This document shows, piece after piece, positions 59,000 through 64,000 of a stretch of 64,000 bases of DNA. Within the stretch, counting starts at the first letter, position 1. Each line of letters opens with the position of its first letter. This DNA is from a candidate division WOR-3 bacterium (GTDB lineage Bacteria > Hydrothermota > 32-111): contig JBBFKX010000002.1 in assembly GCA_037481815.1 (NCBI GenBank), positions 32,001 to 96,000 on the forward strand, written 5' to 3'. The notes under the pieces were generated by a model. That model saw only the letters and a list, made by a program, of their open reading frames with translations. It did no database searches and was not told the DNA's origin. The translations under genes were made by a program, and so were the position numbers.

Positions 59000-59833
59000 A
59001 TAAAAGAGATAAATGATGTTTCACTTGAAATGTATCTTAAAGAGATAAAGAAATATCCTTTACTTTCTGAAAGGGAAGAAAAAGAACTTGCAAAAAAAAT
59101 AAGAGAAGGAGACAAAAAAGCACTTGAAAAGTTAATTTTAGGAAACCTTCGTTTTGTGGTTAATGTTGCAAAAGAGTATCAGGGCAAAGGATTAACACTC
59201 GCAGAACTTATAAATGAAGGAAATTATGGTTTGATAAAAGCAGCTCAAAAATTTGATGAAACAAAAAATGTTAAGTTCATATCCTACGCTGTATGGTGGA
59301 TAAGGCAGTCGATCATGAAAGCGATACTTGAAAATAACAGTAACATAAGAATTCCATTATCCCAGATAACAAAAATAAACGCTGTTAATAGAGCACAACA
59401 GGAGATACTCGATCAGGAAAACAGAGTTCCGACTTTTAAAGAGATCGCTGATAAAATTGGAATGTCTGAAAATGAAGTTAAAAATATTTTGAATCTCAAT
59501 AAAGTCGAACTCTCTCTTTCAGATCCAATAGGGGATGATGAGAATCTCTATCTCGGTGATACCATAATAGAAGAAAATGAATTATCACCGGAAGAAACAT
59601 TACTGAGAAAAAGATATAAAGAAACTTTAAAAAATCAACTTGAAAAACTTTCTGAAAGGGAAGCATTGGTTTTGAAAAAATATTTTGGACTTGATGATTA
59701 TAGACCACATACTCTCGAAGAAATAGGAAAAGAATTGAATATTTCAAGAGAAAGGGTAAGACAGATTAAAGACAGAGCGATAAACAGATTAAAAGAGATG
59801 ACCAAAAATGTACTGGAGCCATACGATGGATAA
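59000..59833 (+). CDS. Short sigma70-family sigma factor (RpoD/RpoS-like, no region 1.1); probable ATA start
   Basis: Region 1.2 DVSLEMYLKEI.KYPLL, NLRFVVNVAK.Y, FISYAVWWIRQ, TLEEIG..LNISRERVRQI; first ATG (59030) lies inside region 1.2. Confidence 0.88.
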   Translation: MKEINDVSLEMYLKEIKKYPLLSEREEKELAKKIREGDKKALEKLILGNLRFVVNVAKEYQGKGLTLAELINEGNYGLIKAAQKFDETKNVKFISYAVWWIRQSIMKAILENNSNIRIPLSQITKINAVNRAQQEILDQENRVPTFKEIADKIGMSENEVKNILNLNKVELSLSDPIGDDENLYLGDTIIEENELSPEETLLRKRYKETLKNQLEKLSEREALVLKKYFGLDDYRPHTLEEIGKELNISRERVRQIKDRAINRLKEMTKNVLEPYDG

Positions 59834-60707
59834 ATTTTTCAAAAAAAGAAAAATCAACATTTCAATAGTACCAAGTGATTCTTCAGAAACAAAAGGTTTC
59901 AAGATGTTGTTTATCATATTACCTGTATTTTTAATACTTTTAATATCTTCAATAATCTTCTTGACTTTTTCAACTATTCAAAATTTAAAAAATATAAACA
60001 AATACTCTTCTGTTAGAAAAACGAAAGAGGAGATAAAACTTTTATCAAAAAAAGATCAGGAGATAAAAAAGAGTATAATGCAAATAGAAAAAGAGATTAT
60101 AGATTTAAAAAAAGAGATTAAAGATCTGACACCATTATTTGATTTTTTTTCAGGTCATACAGGTTCACAAAAGGTAAATATGGAATTACCATCGAACATT
60201 GATACTCTACTTTTCATAACGGAATATTTAAATGGATTGTCTGATAGTTTGATAACATTCTTGAAAAATAATAACGAAAGAATTCCTTCTCTTGTTCCAA
60301 TAAATGGATGGGTTTTAAGAAAATATGGAAAGGTAAAAGATCCTTTTACAGAAACTGAGAAATTTTCAAAAGGGATACTCTTTGTTTCCGAACTCAACAG
60401 CGATGTTTTTTCTTCGATATCTGGAAGGGTATCATTCGCAGGTATTAAAAACTCCAAAAATGGTAATGTAGTAATAATAGAGAATGGACTCTTTACGGTT
60501 GAATATTCACATCTATCTCTTATAACTGTTAAAACCGGAGATTATGTAAAAAAGGGACAGAAAATAGGAACAGCCGGTAAGAGTGGAAAAACTTTAACAT
60601 CATCCATTTTCTATAAAGTCATCAGGGGAACAGAAATGATTGATCCTGAACTATCATTTTTAATACCAACATTTTTCCTTTATGATACCTTGAATACAAA
60701 TTTATAA
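59826..60707 (+). CDS. Membrane-anchored coiled-coil + degenerate M23/LytM domain protein
   Basis: TM, coiled coil, P..GW...YG..DPFT, YSHLS...VKTGDYVKKGQKIG; zinc ligands largely missing; start 59826 after GGAG. Confidence 0.8.
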   Translation: MDKFFKKRKINISIVPSDSSETKGFKMLFIILPVFLILLISSIIFLTFSTIQNLKNINKYSSVRKTKEEIKLLSKKDQEIKKSIMQIEKEIIDLKKEIKDLTPLFDFFSGHTGSQKVNMELPSNIDTLLFITEYLNGLSDSLITFLKNNNERIPSLVPINGWVLRKYGKVKDPFTETEKFSKGILFVSELNSDVFSSISGRVSFAGIKNSKNGNVVIIENGLFTVEYSHLSLITVKTGDYVKKGQKIGTAGKSGKTLTSSIFYKVIRGTEMIDPELSFLIPTFFLYDTLNTNL

Positions 60708-62356
60708 AAATAGAATGTTCTTAAAACTCTTTTAACATAATTCTTCGTTTCTATAAATGGTATTCCTTCTATAAAGAGTTCCCAGTCAGCATATTTTCTC
60801 TTCCACTTTTTTACGTTTCCAACACCGGCATTGTATGCCATTATAGCTTCAGATGGAGAATCAGGAAAACGACTTAAATAATCTTTTAAATGTTTCGCAC
60901 CAGCTCTAATATTCTTTTCAAGGTTAAAATAATCTTTATCGTTATTATAGGAATCATATACAAAGTCCATCAATTGCATTATACCTTTTGCATTTGATGG
61001 TGATATAGCACTCCAATTAAAATTGGATTCTTCTCTTGCGATCGAAAGTAGAAGTGATAAATCAACATTTTCTTCATTTGAGATTTTTCTGAAGGTTTCA
61101 AGATATGGTACAGGGAATAAATAACATATGTATTTCCTGTAATCGTTTCCATCCCTTATTCTTCTCTCAGAAAAGTATGTTGAAAAATTATAAAATTTAA
61201 ATTTATTAAGAAGGTATATGATATAATCCTTATTTGAATCATCCTTTCTGTATTTTAAAACAAGAAAATCTTTAAAATTCTCTCTAAAACCATTATCTTC
61301 AAAAATTTTATACAATTTTAAAATCAAACTATCATCCTCAAATTTTTCTTCTTTTATTTCAAGTTTTTTATTTAATTGGATAAAAGCTCTAACAGAATAG
61401 AGTGTGAGAGGAAAATCAAGAACAACGATATTTAACAGAGAATCTCCTTTTTTTCTATCACCCATCATATAATAATATTTTGCCTGATGGTATAAAAAGT
61501 TCTTATCTTTCCCATTATAGTTTTTCATTATCGAATCATAGAAGTTTAAATCATTCTCATTCCTTGCATTTGAAACGATTCTCAGTAAAGCTTCATCATC
61601 ATTTATTTTAAAGTAAATCAAAGCAGCTTTCTTATAATCTTTCTTATTCTCATAATATTTCCCAAGAAAATATAGTAGATTACCTTTTAACCTGTTTTCT
61701 TCAACGAATCTAACATATTCAGATTTAATCTTTTTGTCTTCAACCTTAGAGAAAATATCTGTGTAAATGTTGATGTAATTTTTGATCTTTAAAGTATCAT
61801 TTCCCTTTAAACTCAACAAAAAAATAATCCAACCGGTAGTATCTTTTCTATCAATAAGTTCATCAAAATTTTTCGAAGAAAAGTTTTTTAAAAATACAAA
61901 GACCGAATCATCATGACTAAAGATTTCAGGGTTCGCTTTAAAAAATTTTATGGAATTTGAATCTTGTGGGAACTCTCTTACAAATTTTATTAAAAACTCC
62001 TTATCATAAGAAGCTCTCTTAAGCATTGTTGTGTAATTTGTTATTTCCAATCCATTTTTTATAAAAAATCCCAACCTGTTTGTATCGCTCTCATTTTTCA
62101 AAAGTTGGTTCAAAACTTTTTCTTTTTTGTTGTATTTTAATTTTACAATTTTATCAAGATCATTTTTTTTAAGAAAATCAACGATTAAAACCCTGTACAA
62201 AATATCCTGTAAATCTTTATCCTCTAATGAATCTATAAACTTAGAATCATTCTCCAAAAAAAAACTTTCAACCCAAAAAATATCTTTCTTTTCAATAAGA
62301 ATGTTTGAAAAAATTAAAATTGGGAAGAGAAAAATCAGAATGAAACAGTTTTTCAT
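60680..62356 (-). CDS. slt: Soluble lytic transglycosylase (Slt70-like, helical N-terminus)
   Basis: AREESNF..AISPSNAKGIMQLM, AYNAG, IPFIETKNYV. Confidence 0.87.
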   Translation of the reverse strand: MKNCFILIFLFPILIFSNILIEKKDIFWVESFFLENDSKFIDSLEDKDLQDILYRVLIVDFLKKNDLDKIVKLKYNKKEKVLNQLLKNESDTNRLGFFIKNGLEITNYTTMLKRASYDKEFLIKFVREFPQDSNSIKFFKANPEIFSHDDSVFVFLKNFSSKNFDELIDRKDTTGWIIFLLSLKGNDTLKIKNYINIYTDIFSKVEDKKIKSEYVRFVEENRLKGNLLYFLGKYYENKKDYKKAALIYFKINDDEALLRIVSNARNENDLNFYDSIMKNYNGKDKNFLYHQAKYYYMMGDRKKGDSLLNIVVLDFPLTLYSVRAFIQLNKKLEIKEEKFEDDSLILKLYKIFEDNGFRENFKDFLVLKYRKDDSNKDYIIYLLNKFKFYNFSTYFSERRIRDGNDYRKYICYLFPVPYLETFRKISNEENVDLSLLLSIAREESNFNWSAISPSNAKGIMQLMDFVYDSYNNDKDYFNLEKNIRAGAKHLKDYLSRFPDSPSEAIMAYNAGVGNVKKWKRKYADWELFIEGIPFIETKNYVKRVLRTFYFYKFVFKVS

Positions 62357-63156
62357 AAAAGATTGTAGCCAACAAATACAGGTGTAACCTTCCCTTCAAG
62401 AAAAACTTTTGAATATTTCATGTCAAAATATATAGTCAAAAATTCTCCGGATCTTGCAAGAATTTTTACAGGTGATGGAATCTCATATTTCAAAGACATT
62501 ATTATCGCAGATGCTACAGAACCAGTTCCACAAGAAAGGGTTTCGTCTTCGACTCCCCTTTCATAGGTTCGAATTTTTATGAAATTTTTTTCTCTTTTGA
62601 CAAAGTTGACATTTGTTCCCTCTTTTTGGAAAATTTTGGAAAACCTTATCTCTTTGCCAATATTTTTTACATCTATGTTTTCTATATCTTCAACCTCAAT
62701 CACAAAATGTGGAACACCTGTATTGATAAATGAACCTGTAAATATACCATAACTCGTTTCAACTTTTATATTCTCTGTTAAAGAGTGTGGTGGAGATAAT
62801 TCCAATTTTACTATGTTACCTTTTTTTATTTGGGCCTGATGTATACCATTTTTTGAACAGAAAATGACTTTTCTTTTTTTAATTATTCCCATCAGATAAG
62901 CAAATAGTACTATCGATCTCCCACCATTTCCACACATTTCAGCTTCTTTGCCATCATTGTTGAAATAAACCATTCTGAAGTCACAATTTTTAGTTCCCTT
63001 TTCGAGAAGAATCAAACCATCAGCACCTATACCTATCTTGGGAGAACACAATTTTTTTATATAGAAAGGGGATGGCCTTTTTCGACCATCCCTGTTATCG
63101 ATTATTATAAAATCGTTTCCACTTCCGGAAACTTTCATAAAAAAATCAACTTTCAT
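62353..63156 (-). CDS. dapF: Diaminopimelate epimerase
   Basis: GSGNDF, GIGADG, EMCGNGGR, TGVPH, GTNVNF, TYERGVEDETLSCGTG; start moved to ATG 63156. Confidence 0.95.
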   Translation of the reverse strand: MKVDFFMKVSGSGNDFIIIDNRDGRKRPSPFYIKKLCSPKIGIGADGLILLEKGTKNCDFRMVYFNNDGKEAEMCGNGGRSIVLFAYLMGIIKKRKVIFCSKNGIHQAQIKKGNIVKLELSPPHSLTENIKVETSYGIFTGSFINTGVPHFVIEVEDIENIDVKNIGKEIRFSKIFQKEGTNVNFVKREKNFIKIRTYERGVEDETLSCGTGSVASAIIMSLKYEIPSPVKILARSGEFLTIYFDMKYSKVFLEGKVTPVFVGYNLL

Positions 63157-63526
63157 AAAACGCCACAGCCTCAATTTCGATGGGACTGTTTTTTGGAAGA
63201 TTAGAGGCCTCAACTACAGCTCGTGCAGGAAGATGATTTTTGAAATATTTTTCATAAACGGAATTTATTTTTGAAAAATCTGACATATTTTTGATGTAGA
63301 TGTTTACTTTCACAAGATTATCAAAAGAGAGTTTTTCTCCCTCAAGAATTATTTTAATGTTTTCAAGTGTTCTCTGGGTTAAAGTCTCTATATCTCCCTC
63401 GATGATGTTTCCCGTTACAGGATCGATCGGAAGTGTTCCGGATATAAACAAAAAATCACCAGCCCTTATCGCCTGACTGTAAGGACCTACAGGCTTTGGA
63501 GCTTTTTCATTAAAAATTTTTTTCAT
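63146..63526 (-). CDS. ridA: RidA/YjgF enamine-imine deaminase
   Basis: APKPVGPYSQA, ISG, N.VYEKYF, PARAVVE..LPK...IEIEA. Confidence 0.92.
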   Translation of the reverse strand: MKKIFNEKAPKPVGPYSQAIRAGDFLFISGTLPIDPVTGNIIEGDIETLTQRTLENIKIILEGEKLSFDNLVKVNIYIKNMSDFSKINSVYEKYFKNHLPARAVVEASNLPKNSPIEIEAVAFYES

Positions 63527-64000
63527 TCGTTAACTCCTAAAAGTTTCAACATAACCGCTTTTTGTGCATGCAATCTGTTTTCAGCTTCATCGAAAACAAC
63601 CGAATTTGGAGAATCGATAACATCATCTGTCACCTCTTCACCCCTATGGGCTGGTAGACAGTGCATAAAAATAGCATCACTTTTTGCATTTTTAAAAAGT
63701 TTCATATTAACCTGATAATCTTTGAACGCTTTTGCTCTTTCCTCTTTCTCCGCTTCCTCTCCCATCGATGCCCAAACATCAGTGTAAACAACATCAGCAT
63801 CTTTTACAGCTTCAAAAGGATCATAAGTTATAATGACTTTTGAATTATTTTTTTTCGCCATCTCCTTTGATTTTTCAACATACTCCTCATCAGGTTCATA
63901 TCCTTTTGCACATGCCATATAAAAATCAGCACCAAGCATTGATGATATTAGCATCAAAGAATGGCTCATGTTGTTACCTGCTCCAACAAAGGTAAACTTG
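63523..64000 (-). CDS. argF: Ornithine carbamoyltransferase (3' part; continues beyond window)
   Basis: GNNMSHS, YTDVWASMG, HCLPAHRGEEV, EAENRLHAQKA. Confidence 0.9.
   Translation of the reverse strand, partial: KFTFVGAGNNMSHSLMLISSMLGADFYMACAKGYEPDEEYVEKSKEMAKKNNSKVIITYDPFEAVKDADVVYTDVWASMGEEAEKEERAKAFKDYQVNMKLFKNAKSDAIFMHCLPAHRGEEVTDDVIDSPNSVVFDEAENRLHAQKAVMLKLLGVNE

Noticed and set aside
1..64000. CRISPR arrays, tRNA/rRNA, riboswitches, IS elements
   Set aside because: No spaced direct repeats, cloverleafs, GC-rich structured tracts or transposases seen; intergenic space is too small except 52-604, which needs an Rfam scan.

Overview
AT-rich, very compact chromosomal segment of an anaerobic diderm bacterium (TamA/TamB, lipoproteins, PFOR, PPDK). 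GWxTD proteins, MglAB and the hpf-hprK-PTS block hint at an FCB-type candidate phylum, which is inference only. I see no rRNA, tRNA, CRISPR, prophage or IS element. Genes lie in long abutting runs: (i) dapB-dapL-lysC-asd-2xGWxTD-nadB-hpf-hprK-EIIA-EIIB-MCP; (ii) porCDAB-mglBA; (iii) GIDE-lemA and CYTH-neuB; (iv) a ~19.5 kb minus-strand run of MBL hydrolase, beta-CASP RNase, xerD, a 1310-aa coiled coil, neuA, wbpA, wzc, nucleotide-sugar enzymes and an sxtIJK-like carbamoyltransferase cassette; (v) ppdK-serS-spoIID-tamA-tamB; (vi) sufS/U-like, adh, a frameshifted lipoprotein, CDF, degP-sigma-M23, slt-dapF-ridA-argF. The most striking signals are in the expression grammar. 11 of 13 recognisable sigma70-type promoters have a 16-bp spacer instead of 17, 8 of 13 operon-leading genes look leaderless, and two genes seem to need non-canonical starts (AUU for tamA, AUA for the sigma factor). 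Other leads are a permease-less PTS coupled to a chemoreceptor, mglBA at the end of the PFOR operon, the giant coiled coil, a catalytically degenerate M23, and a possible oriC-like region at the left end. All calls come from reading the sequence; no database searches were run.
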